Part shown: positions 38,362 through 48,272 of the stretch, in pieces
Numbering within the stretch: the stretch's first letter is position 1
Layout of the letters: the number at the start of each line of letters is the position of its first letter
NCBI RefSeq assembly: GCF_900542875.1
Contig: NZ_UQPH01000002.1
Reading direction: 5' to 3' (one strand)
Length of the DNA stretch: 64,000 nucleotides
Source of the DNA: an uncultured Eubacterium sp.
GTDB lineage: Bacteria; Bacillota; Clostridia; Oscillospirales; Acutalibacteraceae
Made by a program: the position numbers and the translations under genes
The notes under the pieces: model-generated
What the model saw: only the letters and a program-made list of their open reading frames with translations
The model's database searches: none
Told to the model about the DNA's origin: nothing

Positions 38362-40153
38362 AAAAGAAAAAAATGAACATTCGCTTCTTTCAAATATGCT
38401 GTTTTTTGTCGGCTTAATGTTTAAGGCTTCCCCGCTTTTGGTTATCGGCGAGCTTTGCTGGGGTATACTTATGAATGTTCCGAGCAGACTGATAAGCGTT
38501 ATCGGAGTTAAATATATCATTGATGTTATGACTTCGGGCGAGAGGGTATACCGCATATTTTGGGCAGTCGGCATTATTGCCGCCGTGATTGTTTTCAGCA
38601 GGGTTATATCGTGGCTTTTTCGTGAATTTTTCTGGAATGTCGAAAAGGAAAAATGTTATTTTGCCCTTAATAAGGAACTGTATGAAAAAGCAAAAAGCCT
38701 GGACTTGGAATCATACGACAACCCCGAATTTTATAACAGCTTTATTCTCACTATCGAATCGTCGAGCGATAATATCCAAAACCTTTTGGGATTGATAAGA
38801 AATTATTTCGGCAATGTCGTTGCGCTCATAAGCGTTGCCTCCGTGCTTGCCGCCATTGATCCTCTTTGCCTTTTGATAATTCTTGTAAGCATTGCGGCGT
38901 TTATGCCGCTGTCAAAGGTTATCGGTAATTTGCAGACCCAAAGGCAGATAGAAAACACTCGCTATCATAGGCGAAGCGATTATTTTCAGCGTATTTTTTA
39001 TCTTCAGGATTACGCAAAAGAGGTCAGAATGAATAATATTCATCCTCTTTTGATTGACAGGTATAATGACGCCGCCGATGATGTTATTAAAAATCAGGAT
39101 AAGTATTGGAGCAAGATTTCACTTCTCTACTGCATACAGGAAATAGGCGTTCAGGTTGTGGGCATTATGCTTCTTATGCCGCTTTATCTCGGCTATCTTG
39201 TTCTTGTTAAGCAGTCGATTACGGCAGGCGACTTTGTGGCAACCTTTAACGGCGCTTACTCTATTGCGGTGAGCATTAATTTTCTTACCGTTTGGGCTGT
39301 CGCACGCTTTGAGGAGAGGGCTAAGATTATAGAAAAATACCGTGGCTTTCTTAATGCCGAGCCAAAAATCACCGACGGAGAAAACCAAGCAAGCGTTACC
39401 GAGCCTAAGGAAATTAAAATCGAGAATATGTCATTTACTTATCCCGGAAGCGATAAGCCGACTCTAAGTGATATTAATCTTACAATTAAACCGTACGAAA
39501 AGATTGCACTCGTCGGTTTTAACGGAGCAGGCAAGACAACGCTTACAAATCTTTTGCTCAGGCTTTATGATGTAAGCGAGGGCAGTATTAAGATAGACGG
39601 CGAGGATATACGCACCGTTAAGACATCGGAGCACAGAAACCGCTTTGCCGCTGTGTTTCAGGATTTTCAGATTTTTTCCTGCAATGTCGGCGAAAATGTC
39701 GCTCTTGACAGCAGTTATAATTCAGATGATGTAAAGAGTGCACTCAATCACAGCGGCTTTGATAAGAAACTAAAAGGCGGCACTAAAACGGAACTTCTTC
39801 GGGAATTTGATGACGAGGGCGTTATGCTTTCGGGAGGCGAGGCACAGAAGATTGCCGTAGCCAGAGCATTTTATAAAAAATGTCCTTATGTAATTCTTGA
39901 TGAGCCGTCGGCGAATCTTGACCCGATTGCCGAGTATAATCTAAACCGTGCCATGCTTGAGGCGGCGGAGGATAAGACGGTTATATTTATTTCGCACCGC
40001 CTTTCCACCACCGTTAATGCCGATAAAATCTATGTTATGGAGCAGGGCAGAATTATCGAGAGCGGTTCGCATAAGGAACTAATGAGCAAAAACGGAACAT
40101 ATGCCGAAATGTTCAACCTTCAGGCAGAGAAATATGTTGACAAAGAAAATTAA
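38351..40153 (+). CDS. ABC exporter half-transporter (TMD plus NBD), subunit 2 of a heterodimeric pair
   Basis: Walker A GFNGAGKTT, signature LSGGEAQKI, Walker B ILDEPSA. The start overlaps the upstream gene end. Confidence 0.85.
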   Translation: MKIKKEKNEHSLLSNMLFFVGLMFKASPLLVIGELCWGILMNVPSRLISVIGVKYIIDVMTSGERVYRIFWAVGIIAAVIVFSRVISWLFREFFWNVEKEKCYFALNKELYEKAKSLDLESYDNPEFYNSFILTIESSSDNIQNLLGLIRNYFGNVVALISVASVLAAIDPLCLLIILVSIAAFMPLSKVIGNLQTQRQIENTRYHRRSDYFQRIFYLQDYAKEVRMNNIHPLLIDRYNDAADDVIKNQDKYWSKISLLYCIQEIGVQVVGIMLLMPLYLGYLVLVKQSITAGDFVATFNGAYSIAVSINFLTVWAVARFEERAKIIEKYRGFLNAEPKITDGENQASVTEPKEIKIENMSFTYPGSDKPTLSDINLTIKPYEKIALVGFNGAGKTTLTNLLLRLYDVSEGSIKIDGEDIRTVKTSEHRNRFAAVFQDFQIFSCNVGENVALDSSYNSDDVKSALNHSGFDKKLKGGTKTELLREFDDEGVMLSGGEAQKIAVARAFYKKCPYVILDEPSANLDPIAEYNLNRAMLEAAEDKTVIFISHRLSTTVNADKIYVMEQGRIIESGSHKELMSKNGTYAEMFNLQAEKYVDKEN

Positions 40154-40206
40154 TAAAGCCGAATTTTTAAGCCGAGCACTTTATGGTGCCCGGCTTTCTT
40201 GCTGCT

Positions 40207-41703
40207 TTACGTTATTTTTTGATAAAGATAAAAATTGACTTTTTGACCTTGGTATTCGTATGTTACTGTTTTTACCGCTTTGTACATTGTTTTATCATAG
40301 TTGCCCTCAGAGGCATAATTTATTATGAAATCATAATCGCCGTTCTTTATTCCGCTTATATAATGCTCTGTCATTTCGGGGAATGCGGCGTTAAGCGGAG
40401 AAACATATTTATAATCTTCAAAACAATCCATATATTTATAAAACGGTGCGACATCTATACAGTTTCCCGTAATCTTCGGATTTTCGACACCCGAATCTTT
40501 TATGTATTGCGAAAATTGATAATACGGGGTTTCTTCTTCATCCTCGCCCAAATAATGTATTGTGCTTGAGGTTGTAAAAGATATTGTAAGACCTATTGCA
40601 ACAACCGAGATGACTGTTAAAATATTTAACTTTTTGATGCTTGATTTATCAAACTTGTTAAATAGATTATCAAAGGCGTATATTAAAGCCATTGCACCCG
40701 GAATCGCAAATATAAACATCTGTATGAAATAGTAAGAAATTTTACCGCCGTTTCCGATAATGTATATAAATATAAATAAGACGATAAAAAGCAGTAGGTT
40801 ATATAAGAATAGTTTTTTAGGTATTTTTTGGTGCTTGCTTTTTTTAATCAGCAAAGAAGATACAAAAGATATTATCGGCATTGCCAGATATATAAAGCAA
40901 CGGTATATTCCAAACAATATGCCTGTCGATAAGGCTAATTTTTTATAATATTTTCCTTGCTCGATAAAGTAAAAATTAATAAAATCGGTAAAATAATTAT
41001 TTATTCCGAAGTATATTATCCATGGTATTGTTGAAATCAAAACTCCGCCGGCAATGATAAGACATGTTGAGAATAATTTTTTGAAGTTCTTTTCTTTTAT
41101 CATATCGACGGCAGGTATAATAAACCATGCAATATAAATTCCCAAAAGAGTGTACTTACTCCAAAGGACACAGCCGGATGTAATTCCTACAATCAAATAT
41201 TCATAAGGTTTTATCGAAATGTTTTTGTATACATACCGAAAGCCTATATAGTAAAGATATACAAAAAACGGCATCATCATAAGTTCTGCCGTATCGCCGC
41301 CGTAGGTGTTAAGAGGACAGCAATACATAAGACAGGCAACAAAAAAGGTTGAAAGCAGAGCTCTTTTTGAGTCATATTTTAACGAAACGGTTTTATATAC
41401 AAAGCAAAGGGATATAAATGAAAAGAGAATTTCCGTAAAATACAATCCTATGTACGAACTGTCGCTTATCAGTGAGGCTATTCCGTATATGACAAATAAG
41501 AACGGTCCCTTTTGGTCTATTACATCTCTGTATAAAAGCTGTCCGTCAAACATTCTGCGACCGACCTCAAAGATAACGGTTACATCCGGTGAATTGTTAA
41601 AACCGTAAAGCGGTGAGCATTTTGAAAAAACGGTAATAAACGAAACCGATATTAACAGAATTGCAAAAAGTACCGTGTGCTTTCTTTTTCTCGTTTTTAT
41701 CAT
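40207..41703 (-). CDS. Large polytopic membrane glycosyltransferase-like protein (GT-C fold; ArnT/PMT/YfhO-like)
   Basis: ~12 TM helices across the N-terminal 400 aa plus a C-terminal ~110-aa soluble domain. Adjacent to a GtrB-like GT2 gene. Start set at MIKTRKRK (RBS GAGG 8 nt upstream). Confidence 0.5.
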   Translation of the reverse strand: MIKTRKRKHTVLFAILLISVSFITVFSKCSPLYGFNNSPDVTVIFEVGRRMFDGQLLYRDVIDQKGPFLFVIYGIASLISDSSYIGLYFTEILFSFISLCFVYKTVSLKYDSKRALLSTFFVACLMYCCPLNTYGGDTAELMMMPFFVYLYYIGFRYVYKNISIKPYEYLIVGITSGCVLWSKYTLLGIYIAWFIIPAVDMIKEKNFKKLFSTCLIIAGGVLISTIPWIIYFGINNYFTDFINFYFIEQGKYYKKLALSTGILFGIYRCFIYLAMPIISFVSSLLIKKSKHQKIPKKLFLYNLLLFIVLFIFIYIIGNGGKISYYFIQMFIFAIPGAMALIYAFDNLFNKFDKSSIKKLNILTVISVVAIGLTISFTTSSTIHYLGEDEEETPYYQFSQYIKDSGVENPKITGNCIDVAPFYKYMDCFEDYKYVSPLNAAFPEMTEHYISGIKNGDYDFIINYASEGNYDKTMYKAVKTVTYEYQGQKVNFYLYQKIT

Positions 41704-41830
41704 AACAGAGCCTCGTAACAGATTTTTTATTAATATTAACATAATATACAAATTTTGTCAAAAGTAACTAATAATCATATTGATATATTTGAGTTTTTAG
41801 TATATAATTGACTTAAATTTGTATAGGGTG

Positions 41831-42802
41831 ATGGAAATGAAAAAATTATATGTTGTTGTTCCTTGCTATAATGAGGAGGAAACTCTTGTTGATTCTACAT
41901 ATAAGTTAACTCAAAAGTTAAAAAGTTTGATTTCGGATAAGAAAATTACCGAGGACAGCAGAATTTATTATATTGATGACGGAAGCAAGGACTCAACATG
42001 GGCTCTAATAGAAAAGTTGCATAATGAAAATTCATTTGTAAACGGTATAAAACTGAGCAAAAACAGAGGACATCAAAACGCCTTGCTGGCAGGACTTATG
42101 AGCGTAAAGAATGAATGCGATTGTTGCATTACTATTGACGCCGATTTGCAAGACGATATTAATTCGTTTGATGAAATGATTGAAAAATTCGAACAGGGCT
42201 ACGAAATTGTATATGGGGTGCGTAACGACCGAAAAAGCGATACGGCATTTAAGCGAGGCACCGCCCAACTCTACTATAAAATCCTTTCGTTTTTCGGGGC
42301 GGAAATTGTATATAACCATGCAGATTATAGGCTTATGAGTTCAAGGGCTTTGGACGCTCTGGAATCATTTAAGGAGGTTAATTTATTTTTAAGAGGGCTT
42401 ATTCCTCTTATCGGATTTAATTCCTGCACGGTTGAGTATTCAAGAAAAGAAAGACTGTACGGCGAAACCAAATACAGTTTGAAAAAAATGGTCGCTCTTG
42501 CATTGGACGGAATAACCAGTTTTTCGATTAAGCCGATAAGAATGATAACTGTTACGGGCTTTTTTTCGCTTTTACTCGGCTTGGGAATGCTGATTTACAG
42601 TTTGGTTCAGTGGAAACTCGGAAATACAATCAGAGGCTGGACTTCTCTGATTTGGTCAATTTGGACCGTCGGAGGACTTGAACTGCTTGCACTCGGAATT
42701 ATAGGCGAATATATAGCAAAAATTTATCTGGAGACAAAGGCTCGTCCGAGATTTATAATTGAGAAAGTTCTTGACGATAAAGGCGAAGACGGCAAAAAAT
42801 GA
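41831..42802 (+). CDS. GT2-family glycosyltransferase, GtrB/DPM1-like polyprenyl-phosphate sugar synthase
   Basis: VVVPCYNEE, YIDDGSKD and DADLQDD (DxD) motifs. Two C-terminal TM helices as in GtrB/CsbB. Confidence 0.8.
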   Translation: MEMKKLYVVVPCYNEEETLVDSTYKLTQKLKSLISDKKITEDSRIYYIDDGSKDSTWALIEKLHNENSFVNGIKLSKNRGHQNALLAGLMSVKNECDCCITIDADLQDDINSFDEMIEKFEQGYEIVYGVRNDRKSDTAFKRGTAQLYYKILSFFGAEIVYNHADYRLMSSRALDALESFKEVNLFLRGLIPLIGFNSCTVEYSRKERLYGETKYSLKKMVALALDGITSFSIKPIRMITVTGFFSLLLGLGMLIYSLVQWKLGNTIRGWTSLIWSIWTVGGLELLALGIIGEYIAKIYLETKARPRFIIEKVLDDKGEDGKK

Positions 42803-42813
42803 AAATAGGATTA

Positions 42814-43114
42814 TTAAGAAGTCGGGCATTGGGGCACACTTCATAAAGAAGTAATTGGTTTAAGCTTTCTGAGTTTTGCCCGGTGCACTATTAAAAAATC
42901 CCGTTAATACTTGCGTATTAGCGGGATTTTGTTAATGCACACTGAACAAAATCAGTTTGCTTAAACTGCTTTGCACTTAAAAACCAAAGAAACAGATGAA
43001 AGACAAGGCATAATTTGCAGGGCAGGCTTGCCGCCTTCACTGCAAATTTAACGCAGTATTTGGCTTTTAAGCATTTATTCCTTATGAAGTGTGCCCCTTG
43101 CTCGGCTTTTTAAT
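42814..43114. mobile_element. MITE-like ~300-bp element bounded by ~37-bp imperfect terminal inverted repeats
   Basis: Left end ttaagaagtcgggcattggggcacacttcataaagaag versus the reverse complement of the right end ttaaaaagccgagcaaggggcacacttcataaggaat. The 16-bp core ggggcacacttcataa is perfect. No ORF inside; it contains the hairpin terminator at 42895-42930. Confidence 0.45.
42895..42930. terminator. Bidirectional hairpin terminator after the GT2 gene (inside the MITE-like element)
   Basis: Stem aaaatcccgttaatac/gtattagcgggatttt (15/16 bp) with a 4-nt loop, followed by a T-run. Confidence 0.65.
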
Positions 43115-43192
43115 TTACGATTTAGTAATAATCATTGCCAGGGCAGGCGGGTTTATGTTATCATTCAGTTAAAGAGGTAAGGCGGTGGCGTT

Positions 43193-43861
43193 ATGAATGA
43201 AAAAATATTTTTGCTGGAGGACGATGCATATTTGCGTGACGGACTGAGTGAGATGCTCTCCGGTCAGGGTTATGCCGTTACGGCAACCGAAACGATTTCG
43301 CAGGCAAGGGGAATTATTGCGTCGGGCGTCTTTGATTTGATTATCCTTGATGTTATGCTTCCCGACGGAAGCGGTCTTGACTTTTGTGCATCGCTGAGAG
43401 CCTCGGGCGTTACTTCACCGATACTGTTTTTGACTGCGTGCGACGATGAAATAAATATCGTAAAAGGGCTCGACTCGGGTGCCGATGATTATGTTACAAA
43501 ACCTTTTAAGCTATTGGAACTGATGTCGAGAGTGCGTGCGCTCATCAGACGCTCGGGGAACAATTTGTCTCTCGTCAGCAGTGACGGCATAGTTATTGAT
43601 ATGAATAATATGACTGTTAAAAAGAATAACGAAACCATATTTCTTACAAAAACGGAGTTTCAGATTTTATGCTGTCTTATTCGCAACAGCGGCGTTATCG
43701 TTACCCGTGATACGCTTTTGAAAAATATATGGGACGAGAGCGGAAACTTTATTTATGACAATACGCTGAGCGTGCACATGAGCCGCCTCAGAGAAAAAAT
43801 CGGCTTTGAGCATATCGTTACGGTAAGAGGCGTGGGATACAGATGGGAGGACGCAAGATGA
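43193..43861 (+). CDS. OmpR-family response regulator (BceR-like)
   Basis: Receiver domain (LLEDD...DLIILDVMLPDGSG) plus a winged-helix trans_reg_C domain. Confidence 0.85.
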   Translation: MNEKIFLLEDDAYLRDGLSEMLSGQGYAVTATETISQARGIIASGVFDLIILDVMLPDGSGLDFCASLRASGVTSPILFLTACDDEINIVKGLDSGADDYVTKPFKLLELMSRVRALIRRSGNNLSLVSSDGIVIDMNNMTVKKNNETIFLTKTEFQILCCLIRNSGVIVTRDTLLKNIWDESGNFIYDNTLSVHMSRLREKIGFEHIVTVRGVGYRWEDAR

Positions 43862-44763
43862 CGGCGGCTATTGTATCGGGTACGCTTATTGCGGCTTTGA
43901 TTATTGCTTGCGTTGTGCTTATCGAAAAACAGCGCAGACTGAAAAAAGACGTTAGAAATCTTACAGAGCAGATTGAGGATTTTCTGAATAATGACAAGAT
44001 GACTCCGTTTAGCCTTTACGATAATGATTTTGCAAAGCTGCAAAATTCCGTTTCGGATTTGGAAGAATTGGTTAAGTTGGAGCAAAATAAACTGGCGGCG
44101 GAGAGCAGAAAAAATACTGAATTTATTTCAGACATATCACACCAGCTCAAAACTCCGATTGCGGCGATAAAACTTTATTGTGAGATGGACAACGAAACGA
44201 AACCCAGCCCACACAACACAAAAGAACTTGAGCTTATATCGAAAATGGAGAGCCTTGTGTACCAGCTTTTGCGTTTGGAAAAAATTAAGACGGGCGACAT
44301 TTATTGCGAGGATTATAAATGTTGTGACCTGTCTGCACTCATAAAGGGAATAATAAGCGATTTTAAGCCTTTTTATCCCAATAAAACCTTTGCCGTTATC
44401 GGAGAGAGTAAAATGAGATGCAGCATAAATTGGCTTGGCGAGGCTATTTCAAATGTGATAAAAAATGCGTGCGAGCATACTGCGGATGACGGGTGCATAA
44501 AGGTTGAAATAAGCGATACAGGACATGCCTCAATAATTAAAATTTCCGACAACGGCGGCGGAGCGGATGAGGACGATTTGAAAAACCTATTCATTCGTTT
44601 TTATAAATCTAAGGAGTCGAGCGAGAAAAGCACGGGCATAGGTCTTGCCATAGCAAAGGCGGTTGTGGAACGGCACCACGGGGTAATATCTGCCGAAAAT
44701 CAGGGCGACGGTTTGGTATTGAGCATATGCCTGCCGCATATAGAAGCAAACGAAATTATATAA
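43858..44763 (+). CDS. Sensor histidine kinase of the intramembrane-sensing type (short N-terminal TM region, no extracellular domain)
   Basis: Single N-terminal hydrophobic segment, then the HisKA H-box HQLKTPIAAI and HATPase_c motifs (N-box, GIGLAIAK). Confidence 0.8.
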   Translation: MTAAIVSGTLIAALIIACVVLIEKQRRLKKDVRNLTEQIEDFLNNDKMTPFSLYDNDFAKLQNSVSDLEELVKLEQNKLAAESRKNTEFISDISHQLKTPIAAIKLYCEMDNETKPSPHNTKELELISKMESLVYQLLRLEKIKTGDIYCEDYKCCDLSALIKGIISDFKPFYPNKTFAVIGESKMRCSINWLGEAISNVIKNACEHTADDGCIKVEISDTGHASIIKISDNGGGADEDDLKNLFIRFYKSKESSEKSTGIGLAIAKAVVERHHGVISAENQGDGLVLSICLPHIEANEII

Positions 44764-44895
44764 AGCAATAAAAGAAATCAACCTTGTTATAAAACGGGGT
44801 TGATTTCTTGTAATATCTTACGATTTTTTAAGACGGGCGTAAGATTGTTGAAAGACATATGTGATATATTGAAAGCAGAAAGAAGGGCGATTTAT

Positions 44896-45582
44896 ATGAA
44901 CATTATTTCGTGTAATGAATTGACTAAGGAATATATGAGCGGAGACAGCGTTATTAAGGCTGTTGATAATATCAGCGTTGAATTTGAGCAGGGAGAATTC
45001 TGCGCCATTACGGGTCCGAGCGGCTCGGGCAAGTCCACTCTTTTGCATATGCTATCCTCTTTGGAAAATCCCACTTCGGGATATGTTCTGTATAATGATG
45101 CCAAACTTGGAGATTACAGCGACAATCAGCTTTCCATTCTTCGCAGGAGACGCTTCGGTTTTGTGTTTCAGGCATACAATCTTGTAAACGAACTTACGGG
45201 AATGGAAAATATTTTGCTTCCGATTATGCTTGATTCAAAAAAAGCGGACGAAAAATATTTGGAAAGAATAGTAAACATATTAGGAATAAAAGACAGGCTC
45301 GAGCATCTGCCGTCTGCACTTTCGGGCGGACAACAGCAAAGAATTGCGATAGCAAGAGCACTTGCAAATAAGCCGTCAATTCTTTTTGCGGATGAGCCGA
45401 CGGGAAATTTGGATAAAAAAAGCGGAGAAGAGGTGCTTACTCTTCTTAAATATGCTGCCGACGAGCTTGGCGTTACGCTGATACTCGTTACCCACGACCT
45501 TCATGTTGCGGAACAGGCAGACAGGATTTTAACCATTGAGGACGGAAAAATCGTCAGAGATTCAAGGTCAGAGGTGGTATGA
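44896..45582 (+). CDS. ABC transporter ATP-binding protein (BceA/MacB-type)
   Basis: Walker A GPSGSGKSTL, signature LSGGQQQRIAIARAL, Walker B LFADEPTGNLD. Confidence 0.85.
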   Translation: MNIISCNELTKEYMSGDSVIKAVDNISVEFEQGEFCAITGPSGSGKSTLLHMLSSLENPTSGYVLYNDAKLGDYSDNQLSILRRRRFGFVFQAYNLVNELTGMENILLPIMLDSKKADEKYLERIVNILGIKDRLEHLPSALSGGQQQRIAIARALANKPSILFADEPTGNLDKKSGEEVLTLLKYAADELGVTLILVTHDLHVAEQADRILTIEDGKIVRDSRSEVV

Positions 45583-48272
45583 TGAAAAACAAATTAACCG
45601 TTAATGATATTGCTTTTGCAAACATAAGGCAGAGAAAAAAGCAATATTTGATAATGATTATCGGTATAGTTCTTGCTATGGTTTTTTCCGGCAGTATCGT
45701 ATTTTTTATGGCGGCGGCAAAGGAAACTTCGCATGCCGAATATGTGGATAACTGCGGCTGTCAGGACACTGTCATCGACATACCGTCATTCGGCGATAAG
45801 GATTATGAAAAGGCAAAGAACAGCGGCGCTGTGGACGATTATGCCATAGTTGATATTTTGGGTTATGCGTATAAGAGCGATAAGTTCAAAAGGCTCGGTT
45901 CTGCAGTCGGCAGAGCAAATGATAAGTTCAGAGAAATATCAAACCAAAGACTGCTTGAGGGCAGACTGCCCGAGGCGGAAAACGAAATAGCCATAGAGAG
46001 CGAGGCACTGAAAAAACTCGATTACCGCAATGCAAGCGTCGGAAGTACAATCAGCCTGAAATTTATGGTGCAAAATGCTCAGGGTTACGCTCAAACCGTT
46101 GATAAGGAGTATGTTGTAATCGGTATTCTAAAGGATAAAAAGAGCAATATAGGATATTCGTTTTTTTCCTATGACGAGTACGACACTTCGATACCGGCGA
46201 TTTTTGTGGCGGATAATACGATTTTGGAGTCGGGAGGCAAGGCAAAGCAAATTGCCTATCTTGAGGGAACGCAAAAAAGAAATAATACATTTAACGATTA
46301 TTTGGCAAAGAATTACGGCGAAGATTTAGAGTATGATATATGCAGTACGAATTTTGATTCTTCATCTGTTTTGGATTACTATCAATTTGCAAACGGTGAT
46401 TTGATTATCTTCATTGCCCTTTTGCTCGTGTTTACATCCTGTGTGGGAATAGTCAATTCGTTTAACAATAACCTCAAGGAACGCAGACAGCAGATAGGTA
46501 TGCTCAGGGCAGTCGGCACAACAAGGCGGCAGATAATACGCATTTTCGGCAGAGAGGCGTTTATTATAGCACTTATTTCTACGCCGATAAGTATTTTGAT
46601 TTCGTATTTGCTTGTGTATCTGGGTATCAATTTAATGAGCGACAATGCGGTTATGACAAAGAGCATTTGGACGCTTCCGATTGCAGCGGTTATAAATATG
46701 ACGGTCGTTATGCTTGCGGCACTTGTGCCGTTGATTTTTGCATCGCACATTTCGCCCATGCAGGCTATCAGGGATGTCAGGATTCAGCGAAAGGCTAAGG
46801 TAAAAAAGATTCATTCAAAGATGCAATATAAACCTGCCGCTCATCTTGCAAGGCGAAACGGTCAGTTTTATAAGGGAAGCAAAATTGCGGTGGGCGTAAT
46901 TCTTTCACTGTCGGTTATGCTGTCGGCGTTCGGATTTTCTTATCTTTCGTATGAAAAGGATAATAAAACGGTCATACCGTATGATTACGTATTTTGGTGC
47001 GGAAATTCGGATAATAGTCTCAGCGATGCAGATAAGCAAAATATCGCCTCCAATCCGCTCGTGGAGACCGTAGTCGGTGAAAAGAGCATAAGCTCTGCTA
47101 TTAAGGCGGACTATTCGAGTATGTTTATGCGTGTTATGAATCCCGACCGGTTCCTTTACAATTACGACAGCGATAACGAGGATTATTCGTTTCCTACCAC
47201 TGTGGAAGAGTATAAGAACCGTATTCAAAATAATAAGGGAGAACCGTACGCTCCCGACGAGTTTGAGGGACCGGGAATTACGGACGATATGTGGAGTATG
47301 ACGATTAATTCGTATGACCGAGACATCCTCTCAAAGTTAGAAGACAAGGTTTACGACGGAAAAATAGATTATAACAAACTCCGCTCGGGTGAGGAGGTTA
47401 TACTCGTTATGCCGAAAAAGGCGGAACTTATGGTGCGTCTTTATCATAACGGAATGGGCTCCCATTATAATTATGACGATGATGTGGGAAAGCCCAAAAA
47501 CCTATATAAAACCGTTATGACCGAAAACAGTCCGTACAAGGCAGGCGATGAAATTGAGGTGTATTCATCAGCGGACAAGGCGTTTAAGACGGTTAGGATA
47601 GGCGCTTTGGTTTCATGCTCCAATGACAGCAATATAATAGGTAACATTATTTCGACTTATTCTCCGCATATAATTACAAGCAATGACGGAATACTGAATT
47701 TTAATAAAGAGGCAGGATATGAAAACTTATATATCAGCCTTTATGATGAGCCGAACGACAAAACCGATGCGGAGTTTACAGAGTTTCTCGACGAATATAA
47801 ACTGAAGTATGACGGCTTTGTAACCTCGGCATACGAGGATAACCAAACGATTGAAAAGAACTACCGCTCAATGGTTACGGCGATGCTTGTTGTGCTGATT
47901 ACAGGCTTTGCCGTATGTGTAAGCATAATAAATAATTCGATTACCGCCCAGATAAGGGAGAATAAGAGAGTTATAGGAACTCTGCGTGCTGTCGGTGCAA
48001 GCAGGAGTGAACTGGTTAAATCATACTGCTTAAGAATGCTGTCTATGTTCACTTGGGGAGCGGGAGTCGGCTTTGGTCTTTACATCATAGGATTTATTGT
48101 AATTAAAATTTTGTGCAGATATTTGCCGGATATGGGATTAAATCTTGTGTTTAGTCCGTGGGCATCGGTAATTATGGTTGCGGTGCTGTTCGTATTTTGC
48201 TTTATTAATCTGTTTTCAAAGATCAGCAAGGAAATGAAAAACAGTATTGTTGAAAATATAAGGGAGTTATGA
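45579..48272 (+). CDS. FtsX-family ABC permease, 897 aa with two FtsX modules (BceB/YxdM-like but enlarged)
   Basis: N-terminal TM helix, a large extracytoplasmic region and two clusters of FtsX-type TM helices (around 46380-46800 and 47880-48240). Translationally coupled to the ATPase. Confidence 0.75.
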   Translation: MMKNKLTVNDIAFANIRQRKKQYLIMIIGIVLAMVFSGSIVFFMAAAKETSHAEYVDNCGCQDTVIDIPSFGDKDYEKAKNSGAVDDYAIVDILGYAYKSDKFKRLGSAVGRANDKFREISNQRLLEGRLPEAENEIAIESEALKKLDYRNASVGSTISLKFMVQNAQGYAQTVDKEYVVIGILKDKKSNIGYSFFSYDEYDTSIPAIFVADNTILESGGKAKQIAYLEGTQKRNNTFNDYLAKNYGEDLEYDICSTNFDSSSVLDYYQFANGDLIIFIALLLVFTSCVGIVNSFNNNLKERRQQIGMLRAVGTTRRQIIRIFGREAFIIALISTPISILISYLLVYLGINLMSDNAVMTKSIWTLPIAAVINMTVVMLAALVPLIFASHISPMQAIRDVRIQRKAKVKKIHSKMQYKPAAHLARRNGQFYKGSKIAVGVILSLSVMLSAFGFSYLSYEKDNKTVIPYDYVFWCGNSDNSLSDADKQNIASNPLVETVVGEKSISSAIKADYSSMFMRVMNPDRFLYNYDSDNEDYSFPTTVEEYKNRIQNNKGEPYAPDEFEGPGITDDMWSMTINSYDRDILSKLEDKVYDGKIDYNKLRSGEEVILVMPKKAELMVRLYHNGMGSHYNYDDDVGKPKNLYKTVMTENSPYKAGDEIEVYSSADKAFKTVRIGALVSCSNDSNIIGNIISTYSPHIITSNDGILNFNKEAGYENLYISLYDEPNDKTDAEFTEFLDEYKLKYDGFVTSAYEDNQTIEKNYRSMVTAMLVVLITGFAVCVSIINNSITAQIRENKRVIGTLRAVGASRSELVKSYCLRMLSMFTWGAGVGFGLYIIGFIVIKILCRYLPDMGLNLVFSPWASVIMVAVLFVFCFINLFSKISKEMKNSIVENIREL

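Noticed and set aside
43014-43149. Direct repeat cagggcaggc occurring twice upstream of the response-regulator gene, as a possible OmpR-family binding site
   Set aside because: The copies are ~126 bp apart, which is too far for a single regulator dimer site. One copy lies inside the MITE-like element, so the repeat is more likely related to that element.
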